Assembly: GCA_038885755.1 (NCBI GenBank) | Contig: JAVZZH010000003.1 | Location: 1-64,000, forward strand | DNA length: 64,000 nucleotides | DNA from: Candidatus Caldarchaeum sp. | Lineage (GTDB): Archaea > Thermoproteota > Nitrososphaeria_A > Caldarchaeales > Caldarchaeaceae | Direction: 5' to 3' | In this document: one piece after another, positions 27,124 through 36,341 of the stretch | Position numbering within the stretch: the first letter of the stretch is position 1 | Layout of the letters: every line of letters starts with the position of its first letter | The notes under the pieces: model-generated | What the model was told of the DNA's origin: nothing | What the model saw: the letters and a program-made list of their open reading frames with translations, nothing else | Databases searched by the model: none | Translations under genes and position numbers: made by a program

Positions 27124-28032
27124 CTACATCACACCGCTCAGCCTAAGCCTCGCGTTCTCCCGGCCGTCGGCCGGTTTGCGGAAAATGTAGAGATGTTCGT
27201 GGACGATCTTATGGAAACCATACACATCAAACTTCTGCGCACGCCATCTTTCTCTCGTGGTCTTCATGTTGTGCTGCAGTTTGATGATGTCGTCTGCGAG
27301 CTTGAAGCCGGCTTCGAGAAATATGTTCATGACTCTCGCCGATATGGGAACGTAGTGTCTGTGCCTGCGTGTGTCGCCGACGAGGATGCCGCAGTACCTC
27401 CCCGGCTTGAGGACTCTGAAGCATTCCGACGCAACCTCTTTCATCTTCGAGAGATAGTCGTCCAGCTTCTTCATAGCCGACAAGTCTGCTTGGTGGAGTG
27501 TTTTCGTGTAGGGTATGATGTTCCAGTACGGCGGGTGTGTGGCTATGAGGTCGATGCTGTTGTCCGGTATCGCGTCTAAGTGAGCGGCGTCGCCGTGGTA
27601 TACGTGGATTTCTACGGGTTTCTCCATGTCCTGAGGCCGGTAGCTAAAGTTGACCCTGTCCATGGATAGAATGCATGCATCGTAGCTGATGTCCACGCCG
27701 ACGGCGTTGCGGCCCAATAGCTTGGCCTCCACCAACGTCGTGCCCGAACCGACCATTTGGTCGAGCACCCATTCCCCCGGCCTGCTGTACTTGATGATGA
27801 GGTTCCGCGGGATGTAGGGGCTCCAGTTTCCACGGTAGTCGCCCGAATGCGTCGCCCAGCCACCCCTGTCGGGAAAGCTCCACACAGTAGTGGTTTCAGG
27901 AACGTAATCCGGAGAGGGGCCGTAGGAGGTTATTCGGCGGGGTTTCCCAACCTCTATCCTAACGTCTTCAACCCGGACATAGCTGTTCTTCCGGACGTAT
28001 TCACGGTACTCCTCCCATGTAATCAGCCGCAT
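27124..28032 (-). CDS. Orphan amino (N4/N6) DNA methyltransferase
   Basis: VLDQMVGSGTT SAM motif precedes THPPY; E..RVLKPG. ATG 28032 preferred over 28089. Confidence 0.82.
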   Translation of the reverse strand: MRLITWEEYREYVRKNSYVRVEDVRIEVGKPRRITSYGPSPDYVPETTTVWSFPDRGGWATHSGDYRGNWSPYIPRNLIIKYSRPGEWVLDQMVGSGTTLVEAKLLGRNAVGVDISYDACILSMDRVNFSYRPQDMEKPVEIHVYHGDAAHLDAIPDNSIDLIATHPPYWNIIPYTKTLHQADLSAMKKLDDYLSKMKEVASECFRVLKPGRYCGILVGDTRRHRHYVPISARVMNIFLEAGFKLADDIIKLQHNMKTTRERWRAQKFDVYGFHKIVHEHLYIFRKPADGRENARLRLSGVM

Positions 28033-28193
28033 CGCGGAGGGCTTTCGGGCTGAACCACCGCCGTGGCCGGCATCCTCCACGTCCTGCACAAGCTTGACTA
28101 AGCTGTCTTGCTTAAGAATTCTCGCCGGGCGTCAAACACCCGTTCAACCAGCCAGCACGAAAGACTTCGTCGAAGGCGTCGGGCTGCCCGTGT

Positions 28194-28562
28194 TCAACAG
28201 GCCTCCGCGCAGGTATGGGTTTTTGCCTTGTTGTCTCGGTTTATGAGCCACTTGAGCCCCCAGCTTCTCAGCCCCTCGAGGATGGGTTTGAGTTCCTCCG
28301 CCATCGGTGTGAGGGAGTAGGAGACGGCGAACGGCTGGAGGCTGACGACATTTCTCTGGACGAGGCCACGGGCCTGAAGATTCTTCAAAGTCCGGGACAA
28401 GGTCTTCGAATTAAGCATCGGCACCAGACGCAGCAGCTCGTTGAACCCCTTAGGCGACGACGCGAGATAACTGATGACAACCAGCGACCATATGCTGCCG
28501 ATGACCCTGGCCGCAGCGGCCATCGGACAGACATTCTCGACATCAGGCTTCTGCTCAGTCAT
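28194..28562 (-). CDS. HxlR-family winged-helix regulator
   Basis: CPM..A..VIG..W, FNEL, KTLS.TLK.L and YSLT...EL. Confidence 0.92.
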   Translation of the reverse strand: MTEQKPDVENVCPMAAAARVIGSIWSLVVISYLASSPKGFNELLRLVPMLNSKTLSRTLKNLQARGLVQRNVVSLQPFAVSYSLTPMAEELKPILEGLRSWGLKWLINRDNKAKTHTCAEAC

Positions 28563-28633
28563 CTAGTTACCTCGACACCGCATACTGATTAAAATACTTG
28601 CCATCCCCTGCTTGATGGCGAGGTGCAGGAAGC

Positions 28634-29110
28634 ATGGCTCTGCTCGACTTCATGGCTGCATATCTGGATGCAGGCCTGCTGGTTTTGAGAGTGTTTCTAG
28701 GATTCATCATGCTGGTTCACGGGATGCCGAAGCTGGCGGGGCAGGCGAGGCCGCAGATGAGGAACGCCATGGCTCAGCTAGGGGTTCCGGGGCCCTTGTT
28801 CGACATGGTCGGCCTGCTCGAAGTCGTCGGCGGAATCGCCCTCCTCGTCGGAGGCTTGACACGCGTTGCCGCTCTGCTCTTCTCCCTGATGATGGTGGGC
28901 ACGATCATCCTCTACTTGACGAAGCTGGGCAGGACTGTTCCACCGCCCGAGATGCTGGTTCAGATGGTCGCGGGCTCTCGTCGGGTAATGCGCGGGTTCG
29001 TCTCCGGGGTCGGTGGATGGGAATTCGACCTCCTAATCCTCGGCTCGGCGGTTCTGCTGTTCATCACGGGGGCGGGAGCCTACTCCGTCGACGCCCTGCT
29101 CCGCATCTAA
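28634..29110 (+). CDS. DoxX-family membrane protein
   Basis: LRV.LG....HG.PK, E..GG..LL.G..TR and GAGAYSVD. Confidence 0.92.
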   Translation: MALLDFMAAYLDAGLLVLRVFLGFIMLVHGMPKLAGQARPQMRNAMAQLGVPGPLFDMVGLLEVVGGIALLVGGLTRVAALLFSLMMVGTIILYLTKLGRTVPPPEMLVQMVAGSRRVMRGFVSGVGGWEFDLLILGSAVLLFITGAGAYSVDALLRI

Positions 29111-29160
29111 ACCACCCTCTTCAACAAAACCAAGGCCCGCCAGTTTCATGGAGAAGAATA

Positions 29161-29232
29161 AGCCGGGGAGGGGATTTGCACCCCTGTAGAGCGGCTCTGC
29201 AGGCCGCCGCCTAGCTGCTCGGCCACCCCGGC
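29161..29232 (-). tRNA. tRNA-Cys (GCA), intronless, CCA not encoded
   Basis: Reverse complement GCCGGGGTGGCCGAGCAGCTAGGCGGCGGCCTGCAGAGCCGCTCTACAGGGGTGCAAATCCCCTCCCCGGCT folds as a cloverleaf; anticodon stem GCGGC/GCCGC with loop CTGCAGA; discriminator U. Confidence 0.95.
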
Positions 29233-29302
29233 CCGCTCGAACAACTCCACGCCTGTTTATGACGTTATCGTCCAGTGGAGAAAGGCATTCCCCGGCCTGT
29301 GT

Positions 29303-29521
29303 TCAGGCTTTGCTGTGTTTTGGTGGTTTTGTCGTAGCCATGACGTATCCGACGAATCCCGCTACGAGCAGAAGTCCGAGCGAGACTATCAGGGCGGCGA
29401 GCCTGACGGCGTCATCCGGGTTGAGGAAGGGGATCAAGCCCGCCCACCAAGCCGTGTAGAAACCAGATCCAGCCGCCGACAGAAGCATCAGCAGGAAGCC
29501 GAGCAGCCTAGCCGTGTTCAC
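29303..29521 (-). CDS. Small two-TM archaeal membrane protein
   Basis: Two hydrophobic helices and a GY.MATT.PP ending resembling conserved small archaeal proteins (from memory). Confidence 0.7.
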   Translation of the reverse strand: MNTARLLGFLLMLLSAAGSGFYTAWWAGLIPFLNPDDAVRLAALIVSLGLLLVAGFVGYVMATTKPPKHSKA

Positions 29522-29612
29522 GTCCTGAACACGGTGTAAGCCATAATTTAGAGGCGGATTCCCCGGCTGCTGGGAGGCATGTTTTTAAGCTCATCCGACA
29601 TGTTTCTCCGGG

Positions 29613-30044
29613 TTGTCTTCTGACAGGAGGCGTGTCGAGGCTGAGCTGCGCGGCAGGAGTTTGGACGTCTTCCTGTACGTGATGAGGGCTGGCAGGCCTG
29701 TGGGTGTTCGGGATGTGCAGAGAGGGCTGGGGCTTTCAAGCCCGAGCGTGGCGTATCATCATCTTGAAAAGCTTCACTCTCTAGGCGTGCTGCAGAAGGA
29801 TGAGAAAGGGTCGTACACAGCGGTCGAGAAAGTGGACGTCTCCGTGCTGAATTCGTTCATCTTGGTCGGCAGATGGCTGCTGCCCAGAATGTCGTTCTAC
29901 GCGGCTCTGTTCACAACCTTTACCGCACTCTACCTAGCCACCCACCTCTCCTCGCCAGACCCCTACGCACTAACACTAGGCCTCGCGGCGTCAGCGGCCA
30001 CTCTCTACGAAGCAGTCCGGACGTGGCGGAAGAAACCATGGTGA
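29613..30044 (+). CDS. Winged-helix regulator with C-terminal TM helices
   Basis: GVRDVQR.LGLSSPSVAYHHLEKL...G wHTH followed by two hydrophobic segments. Confidence 0.85.
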   Translation: MSSDRRRVEAELRGRSLDVFLYVMRAGRPVGVRDVQRGLGLSSPSVAYHHLEKLHSLGVLQKDEKGSYTAVEKVDVSVLNSFILVGRWLLPRMSFYAALFTTFTALYLATHLSSPDPYALTLGLAASAATLYEAVRTWRKKPW

Positions 30045-30090
30045 GAAGCTGTTCTAGTCCGTGGACTTATGAGGAGGCGTGTAGAAAGCC

Positions 30091-30339
30091 TTGTCGGTGA
30101 AGGCTTTCAGATCCATAGCCTTGGGTGTTTTCGCGGCACTGGCCCTATTCAGCGTCATATACCTCTCCGAGCCTGTGAACGTTGAAAAGGCTGAGGCCCT
30201 CGCAACTCCAGCCATACGCATCCAAGCCGGTGAGCAGGCCGACGAACCCATGCTCTACCTAACGGTAAGCTCGGCATCGCTGGCCACGGCCACAGCAATC
30301 TTCCTAGCCCTGTTTCTACGGATGCGGCGAACCTCCTAG
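30091..30339 (+). CDS. Small two-TM hypothetical protein
   Basis: Two hydrophobic helices; follows the wHTH gene on the same strand; start uncertain. Confidence 0.55.
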   Translation: MSVKAFRSIALGVFAALALFSVIYLSEPVNVEKAEALATPAIRIQAGEQADEPMLYLTVSSASLATATAIFLALFLRMRRTS

Positions 30340-30513
30340 CACCAATCTGCAGCATTCCATGAAGAACCTACGCCGAGGATTTGAATAGCCTAGGCTCCAA
30401 TTCATGGCCGTTGAAGCTGGAGAACGTCAGCCTGCGAAAAAGCGGAGTGGTTTTTCTAGTTGGCGGCTGCGGCGGAGACCGGGAGGAAATGAGAAAGGGT
30501 TGTTCACAGATTT

Positions 30514-32235
30514 CTACGCGGGAATTTTCATGGTTTTGTAATGTTGTCTGAGCTTGTTGAAGTCCGTTCCTTTTGTTTTGATGCTTGTGTAGGTTTTTGC
30601 TTTGTCGATGGCTCTTTCGTATTCCCTGCCGAGGTGTCTGAAGTATTTCTCGATCCTATCCACCCAGAACCTTGCTCCGGTGTTTAGGAGGGTTGTGGTT
30701 AGTATGCGGAAGAGGAAGTTGTCTTTGGCGATTTTGAAGGCGATGGCTTCGGCCATTCTTTTTGTGTTTCGCCAGCAGACGTAGATTAGTGCGGCTTGGG
30801 CGGGTGTGAGGTTGGCGTAGACGTCTGTGAGCACGTTCGTCCCCCGCAGGCTGCCGAGGTTGACGAGCGCCATGGGGGTGACGGTGAAGTAGAGGTTGAG
30901 GGACGCCATGTAGTTGATGAGGCCTATTGTGTCCCAGCTGTCCTCGTCGGTTTCCCCCTCCTGACCTAGGATGATCGTGTAGGCGGGGATCCAGTAGGCG
31001 GCGTTGTAGACCTTCTGCGCCTCGACGACTATCTCCGCCCAAGTGCCGTCGACGCCGACCTTCAGAGGCTTGGCCTTGTTGACCATGTGTCTGAGGACAA
31101 GCCTGTCGCTCCCCGTCTCCAGCCCGATCTGGACGCCGATGTGCTTGTCGGGCCCCGCCCTAACTATCTTCGAGACGCCGAACGCCGCTTCAGGGTCCGC
31201 GGCGACGGGTGCTAGCGTCGCATGCATGGGGTTGGCCTTGACGACGTAAGGCATGATCGTGCGGTAGAGGGTGAAGATGGCTTCTTTGTTGGGCCAGAAC
31301 TGCGGGTCTCGGACCATGTAAGCCCACTGGTTGTCGGTCACTAACCATGCGTTGTCTATGCCTGCTCGGAGGTTTACTTTCACTTCCTCCAGAACTTTTT
31401 CCGGTGGATAGTAGCGGAGAGGCCTCGTCGTGACCTCGCAGAAGTCGCAGTCGATCCCGCATCCCCGCATGATTTCGGCCTGCCCGCTGATGGCTGGGTT
31501 GACTATGGTGGGTATGTCGTCGATTTTGGGGAGTCTGTAGCGGGATGCGGGGTTTCGGCAGATGAACCTGCCTTCAGGGTCTCGGACGTAGCGGATGAAG
31601 GGCCTGCCGTGGGCGTCGAAGGTGGTTGTTTTGTGGCCGTGCATGAAAATGGTGTTGTCTAGGCTGTCTTCGGCGAGCTGCTCGAACAGGAGGTGGATTA
31701 CATCGTCCATCTCTCCTTGGACGACGTGGTCTATGCCAAGCCTTCCAAGCTCCTCCTTACGGTGCTCGAACTCCCACTCGCCCGACCCGCCGACGACAAC
31801 CTTCGCCCTGCTGCCCGTGTTCTTCTTCGCCACCGCTATCCTTCTCATCAAGTCCTCGAACTCCTTCGCAACCCACGACTTCTCACGACCGGCGTTGTTG
31901 AACATCAGCGTCAACGGCCCCAGCCCGAGAGGGTCCATCGTGTTCACACCTATGACCTTCGTGTCGGAGCCGATGAACCTTGAGACGAACCTTGGATGCG
32001 CGACAACGGTCTTGAGCTTCGACCTCTTAACGAGACAGGCCTCGACCTTCCTTATGGCGTAAGGTGCTAGGAGAGCTCTTCCAGCCTCGTCGTAGGGAGC
32101 GTCTGGTAGAGCGAGGTAGTGGTAGACCGGGGAAGGCACGAATTTGACGGGTGCGCACGGGAGGAAGCTGAGGAGGGGGAAGTCGTGAAACCGGTGGCCC
32201 AGCGAAGGGTCGAAGGTAAGGACTACCTGGACCAT
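30514..32235 (-). CDS. B12-binding radical SAM enzyme, GDGT ring synthase (Grs)-like
   Basis: VVLT.D, APYAIRKVEA, TMDPLGLGP, VVVGG.G.W and EIMRGCGIDCDFC (CxxxCxxC); ATG 32235. Confidence 0.78.
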   Translation of the reverse strand: MVQVVLTFDPSLGHRFHDFPLLSFLPCAPVKFVPSPVYHYLALPDAPYDEAGRALLAPYAIRKVEACLVKRSKLKTVVAHPRFVSRFIGSDTKVIGVNTMDPLGLGPLTLMFNNAGREKSWVAKEFEDLMRRIAVAKKNTGSRAKVVVGGSGEWEFEHRKEELGRLGIDHVVQGEMDDVIHLLFEQLAEDSLDNTIFMHGHKTTTFDAHGRPFIRYVRDPEGRFICRNPASRYRLPKIDDIPTIVNPAISGQAEIMRGCGIDCDFCEVTTRPLRYYPPEKVLEEVKVNLRAGIDNAWLVTDNQWAYMVRDPQFWPNKEAIFTLYRTIMPYVVKANPMHATLAPVAADPEAAFGVSKIVRAGPDKHIGVQIGLETGSDRLVLRHMVNKAKPLKVGVDGTWAEIVVEAQKVYNAAYWIPAYTIILGQEGETDEDSWDTIGLINYMASLNLYFTVTPMALVNLGSLRGTNVLTDVYANLTPAQAALIYVCWRNTKRMAEAIAFKIAKDNFLFRILTTTLLNTGARFWVDRIEKYFRHLGREYERAIDKAKTYTSIKTKGTDFNKLRQHYKTMKIPA

Positions 32236-32329
32236 CTCTAGTCCTAACGAAAGCAACCGGTATATAAGGCGTTTGAAGCCTTCACGCTAACGTTTTAAAG
32301 CCTGTTTAGAGCGGTTTCAAGCGACAGGC

Positions 32330-33172
32330 TTGAAAACTTTGACCGCCGGCTACGCCTTGTCAGCCGTCAACTCGTTTGTCTTCACAGCTCCGACCGTGAT
32401 GGTCTACCCTGCTCTGGTCCTCTACCCTGTCTCGATAATCCTACGGGGACTTGGGTGGTGGAGGCTTAGAAGACGCGTCGGATCGGTCGGCGGCCTCGGC
32501 GTCGTTGTCTGGGCTCTGGGGTTGACGTGCTTCGGGTTCGTCGTAGCAGGGTTTCTGGAGGTCTTCGGGCAGGCCCTGTTCATAGCGCTGGCCGTCTGGG
32601 TTGTTTACTCGGTGGTCGAAGCCGTGGTCTACGTTGCTGCTGCACGCATCCTAAACACGAGGCTGCTCTACTTCTCTCCCGTGAGCTTGGTCGGCGTTGC
32701 TTCGCTAAGCTTGACCGTGATGTCTCTAGGACAGGGCCCCGACCTGCTGTCAACAATCATCGCACCCACGCTGTACATCACGACCGCCGCCCTGTTCACG
32801 TCAGCAGCCTTAAGCGCGGCAGCGCTAGCCCGTGTATCAACCGAGGTAGAAAGCCCTCAACCACGTCCGCTGCCAAGCTCATGGAGTGCCACGACTTACA
32901 CAACGCCGCAGACGCCTCGCGCGGTCGAGGTCGCGCTGCAGACAGTAAGGGCGGGAACCGCGCTAAGATGCCCTCGATGCAAGTCCACCGCCCCGCTGAC
33001 GGCCTCCAGATGCAGCTCATGCGGCTATGCTTTTGAGAGATCAAGCCGTGGGCTTCGCTGCCCCACCTGCTCCGCCCCGTTCTCCAAGGCCATGAAGCTC
33101 CCGACTCAGGGCTTCTTCATCTGCACTTACTGCTCCACGGTGATGAAGGTGCCTGTGAGAAAACAAACCTAG
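32330..33172 (+). CDS. Multi-TM protein with C-terminal zinc ribbons
   Basis: About 6 TM helices, a P/T-rich linker and four CxxC pairs. Confidence 0.75.
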   Translation: MKTLTAGYALSAVNSFVFTAPTVMVYPALVLYPVSIILRGLGWWRLRRRVGSVGGLGVVVWALGLTCFGFVVAGFLEVFGQALFIALAVWVVYSVVEAVVYVAAARILNTRLLYFSPVSLVGVASLSLTVMSLGQGPDLLSTIIAPTLYITTAALFTSAALSAAALARVSTEVESPQPRPLPSSWSATTYTTPQTPRAVEVALQTVRAGTALRCPRCKSTAPLTASRCSSCGYAFERSSRGLRCPTCSAPFSKAMKLPTQGFFICTYCSTVMKVPVRKQT

Positions 33173-33175
33173 CCT

Positions 33176-34504
33176 TCACGACAGCCATCTCTTTATTACT
33201 TCAGGCCCGACCTCAGCCAAGTTGTATCTTACGTAGACCTCGCCGTCTCCAAGCTTCACGATTTCGGTGATGTCTTTGAGGAAGCCGCTGTGAGCTATGA
33301 AGTTCCTCTCCATGTTGGATGAGCCGTGGACGCCGAAAACCTCTTTAAGAAGTTTGAAATCCCCCGCCGGAATACTCTCCGCAGCCTTTTTTATCTGCTC
33401 AACCTCGAACTCCAGCCTCCTCGCATTAGGCTTGAACCACTCTAGGCTTCCGTAAACCTTTTTGACGAAGAATTCCTGCAGGTCGTCGAGCTTAACTCCC
33501 TTCTCGGTCATGTTCTTCCTAGCCTCCTCAACTATCTTCATCAAAGACCCTGTCAAAGCTAGGGCGTTGAGCACGTCCCTCAAAAGCCGTGGGTCAAACC
33601 TTCTTCTAAAAACCTTGACGAAACGGTCATGACTTATCTCTGGCTGGATGTAGCTCGAAACCGAGTCGCAGACCTGCTTCTCTAACTCACGTATTTCGCT
33701 GGGTTTGAAAAACTTGACGATTTCGTCGTAGTAGACGGGGAGCGGCGTGTTGTATACAAGGCAGTTGAACAGCCGTCGCCCGGTCATCAGAACGTGTTTC
33801 AGATTTTTCTTTGAGCTTGTGTCCGTCAAGCCGATCTCCTCGGGCCTGTTAATACCTTGGATCTGCTGCTCCGTCAGCGGGTACTGGTTGAGGATGCGTG
33901 TTCTGACCTCTGAGAGCTCGACCTTCACCTCCTCTCCCTCCTGCTTAGGCTGCGGGAAGAAAGCTATCGAATGACTGGGTTCTCCGCTTGAAGCTTCTCC
34001 TGCGTAGTAGTTTGACAGTTTTTGGTACGTGAGGACGTTGTACAGCACTCTGACCGCTATGGCTCCGTAGATGTTGAGCCCGCTCGAGACGTCTAAAAGA
34101 AGCTCGTGTCCTTCTCTGACGACCTCCAGCATGATGAGGAACAAAGCCGTCTCTATGTGTGTAAACTCGCCCTCGAACACGAAGCTGCAGCCATGTTCGT
34201 GAAACCTGCCCACGCTAGGCAGAACCCTGAGCGACAAGCATTCAACGTCCTCGCCCAACTTCTCAACCTCTTTCCGAACCCTCTCAGACAACATCTGCCC
34301 GTCCTCAATCATCTTCAGAGCCTCCTCCTTGGAGGATGACAGCGTTGTCGCAAGGCTTTCAGGGATGAGAAGCAGCGGCCTGCCCTGTAGAATTTTAGAG
34401 AGGGCGATGCTCGAGATCTTCGAGGTTTCTTTCTTACCGTCCAAGCTGAAGCATACCCCTCTATATTTCCCAGGGACGCCCAATATCTGCAGAATAACCT
34501 TCAA
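33176..34504 (-). CDS. csx1: Csx1 CARF-HEPN ribonuclease
   Basis: ILG.P..Y, LIPESL, LDVSSGLN (DxTHG variant), NTPL and HEPN RNFIAH followed by SGF. Confidence 0.88.
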   Translation of the reverse strand: MKVILQILGVPGKYRGVCFSLDGKKETSKISSIALSKILQGRPLLLIPESLATTLSSSKEEALKMIEDGQMLSERVRKEVEKLGEDVECLSLRVLPSVGRFHEHGCSFVFEGEFTHIETALFLIMLEVVREGHELLLDVSSGLNIYGAIAVRVLYNVLTYQKLSNYYAGEASSGEPSHSIAFFPQPKQEGEEVKVELSEVRTRILNQYPLTEQQIQGINRPEEIGLTDTSSKKNLKHVLMTGRRLFNCLVYNTPLPVYYDEIVKFFKPSEIRELEKQVCDSVSSYIQPEISHDRFVKVFRRRFDPRLLRDVLNALALTGSLMKIVEEARKNMTEKGVKLDDLQEFFVKKVYGSLEWFKPNARRLEFEVEQIKKAAESIPAGDFKLLKEVFGVHGSSNMERNFIAHSGFLKDITEIVKLGDGEVYVRYNLAEVGPEVIKRWLS

Positions 34505-34569
34505 GCCGCTGTAGATGGTTGATGATCCACCGGATAAAAGGCTTTAAAGGGGCTGGGCCTCAGTTTCCC

Positions 34570-35322
34570 GTGCTCCGCTGCCTAGCCACGATGGGCACAA
34601 GCCCTCCAGTCGTCTCCGAGTTTGTCGACTACGTCATGAAGACGGAGAGGCTTGATGAGATAGAGATCTTGGCTACGTCTGAGCAGTCAGTCGTCGAGTA
34701 GGCTGTGTTTGCGGAGGCTGCGTTGAGGGATAGGTATCCAAGGCTCCGTGTGTCGACGACTGTTCTGGGTTTTACAGACATCCTAGACGAGTCGGGTAAT
34801 CTCGAGTTCATGGAGGCTGCTGCGAAGGCGTTGGCTAGGCTGAGGAGGGATGGGGGAAGGGTTTATGTCTGCTTGGCTGGTGGGCGGAAGGAAATGGTTG
34901 CGTCGCTCGTCCTGCTGGCTCAGCTTACGGACGTGGAAGCTTTGTACCACGTCGTGGCGCCCGACATAAAGTCCATCAACGTCACGCTGGAGCAGATAAG
35001 AAGCCACATCTCAAACCTAGCCCGGAGCAGCAACCCGGTCGAATACTACAGGCAGAACAAGGACGTTCTAGAGCCTGTGATGTACCCGCCGGCCCAGAGC
35101 TACAGCGTCGTAAGAGTCCCGGTCCTGCCGTATCCCAGCGCTTACCTCAACCTGCTGAAGCATATGTTTTCGCGGGAATATGTGGACGGGCGTCAGCTGA
35201 GGGTTGACGAAGCGTTCCTGAAGCGTCTGCGGGGGGCTGGGTTTGTGAGGATTGCGGGAAACAGGGTTGTAGTAACAGATGAGGGCCGGCTTTTCTACAC
35301 ACATGTGCTGAAGCATCTGTGA
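34570..35322 (+). pseudogene. crn1: Crn1 (Sso2081/Csx14-like) CARF ring nuclease with in-frame TAG at 34699-34701
   Basis: ATMGTSPPVV.E N-terminus and CLAGGRKEM motif lie in one frame, separated by a single TAG; C-terminal wHTH-like segment. Confidence 0.8.
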
Positions 35323-35344
35323 GAAAAGGATTCGGTGAATGTAT

Positions 35345-36244
35345 CTAGCTTGACTTTCTACGATAGTAGTCTATGACTCTTCGGAGGCCTTCCTCAAGGC
35401 TTACTCTGGGAGCGTAGCCTATTGTTTGGCTGATCTTTTCTATCGACGGTATGCTTTTCATGGGTTTTGACTCGGCTGGCGTTCTAGGGGGTAGTGTCTG
35501 GAGCTCGGACGACGAGCCTGTCATCTGCTTGATCTTCTCCGCCAGCTGCCTCACCGACAGGGCTCCCCCCGTGCCTACGTTGAAGGCTTCGCCTACTGCT
35601 TTCTCGTTGGTCAGGCAGAGTTGGACTGCGTGGCAGAGGTTGTCGACGTGGTAAGGGTCTGTTATGTCCGCTCCGCCGTTGTAGAGCGGGATGGGCTTGT
35701 TCTCGAGGCATGAGGTTATGAAGCGTGGAACCATCTTGACCACGGGCTCGTATTCGCCGAATGCTTTCCAAGGCCGTAGGACCACCGCCGGAACTCCGTG
35801 GTTTCTATGGTAGCTCCAGACAGCTTGCTCGAGGGCCACTTTAGAAAAGTCGTACACCGTTCTGGGGGCTGGAGGGTCTGTCTCGACGACGGGTGTTTTC
35901 TCCGGAGCTCCATAGTAGTTGGCTGACGAGAAGACGACGACACGCGCCAGACCACTTCTCCTCGCCGCCTCCAAGACGTTCAGAGTGCCGACGCAGTTGA
36001 CGGAGAAACATCTGTAAGGGTTTTTCAAAGACTCGGCTATGTCGGCGACGGCGGCTAGGTGGACGCATGCTTCGGGCTTGATTTCTTCAAACACCTTGAG
36101 GACGGAGTCGTGATCCGTCACGTCCAAGCGTAGGTCAGACCCGTCGGCTACGTCGGCTCCGACTACTTCGAACCCCCTGCCTCTCAGGTACTCGGTTAGG
36201 TGGCGTCCTACGAAGCCTCTAGCTCCCGTGACGAGAACCCTCAA
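35345..36244 (-). CDS. NAD-dependent epimerase/dehydratase
   Basis: VTGARGFVG, HLAA, SSA..YG and YxxxK. Confidence 0.93.
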   Translation of the reverse strand: MRVLVTGARGFVGRHLTEYLRGRGFEVVGADVADGSDLRLDVTDHDSVLKVFEEIKPEACVHLAAVADIAESLKNPYRCFSVNCVGTLNVLEAARRSGLARVVVFSSANYYGAPEKTPVVETDPPAPRTVYDFSKVALEQAVWSYHRNHGVPAVVLRPWKAFGEYEPVVKMVPRFITSCLENKPIPLYNGGADITDPYHVDNLCHAVQLCLTNEKAVGEAFNVGTGGALSVRQLAEKIKQMTGSSSELQTLPPRTPAESKPMKSIPSIEKISQTIGYAPRVSLEEGLRRVIDYYRRKSS

Positions 36245-36341
36245 CCCGCACCATCCTCTCCGTGCTTGGGCGTGGATGTCTTTTAAAAACCCTTGCAGGC
36301 ACGAGCCTTAAAATACCCGTCGGGGATTGTTATCGGAGAGC

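Noticed and set aside
28597-28622. Inverted repeat CTTGCCATC...GATGGCGAG upstream of doxX
   Set aside because: Could be an HxlR operator or a 5' hairpin, but it is imperfect and single-copy; too weak to call.
27124-29232. Integrated element at the tRNA-Cys 3' end
   Set aside because: No integrase and no duplicated tRNA 3' fragment found by eye.
34699-34701. Pyrrolysine recoding of the crn1 TAG
   Set aside because: No pyl genes in the window and TAG terminates many normal genes here. Not supported, though not excluded.
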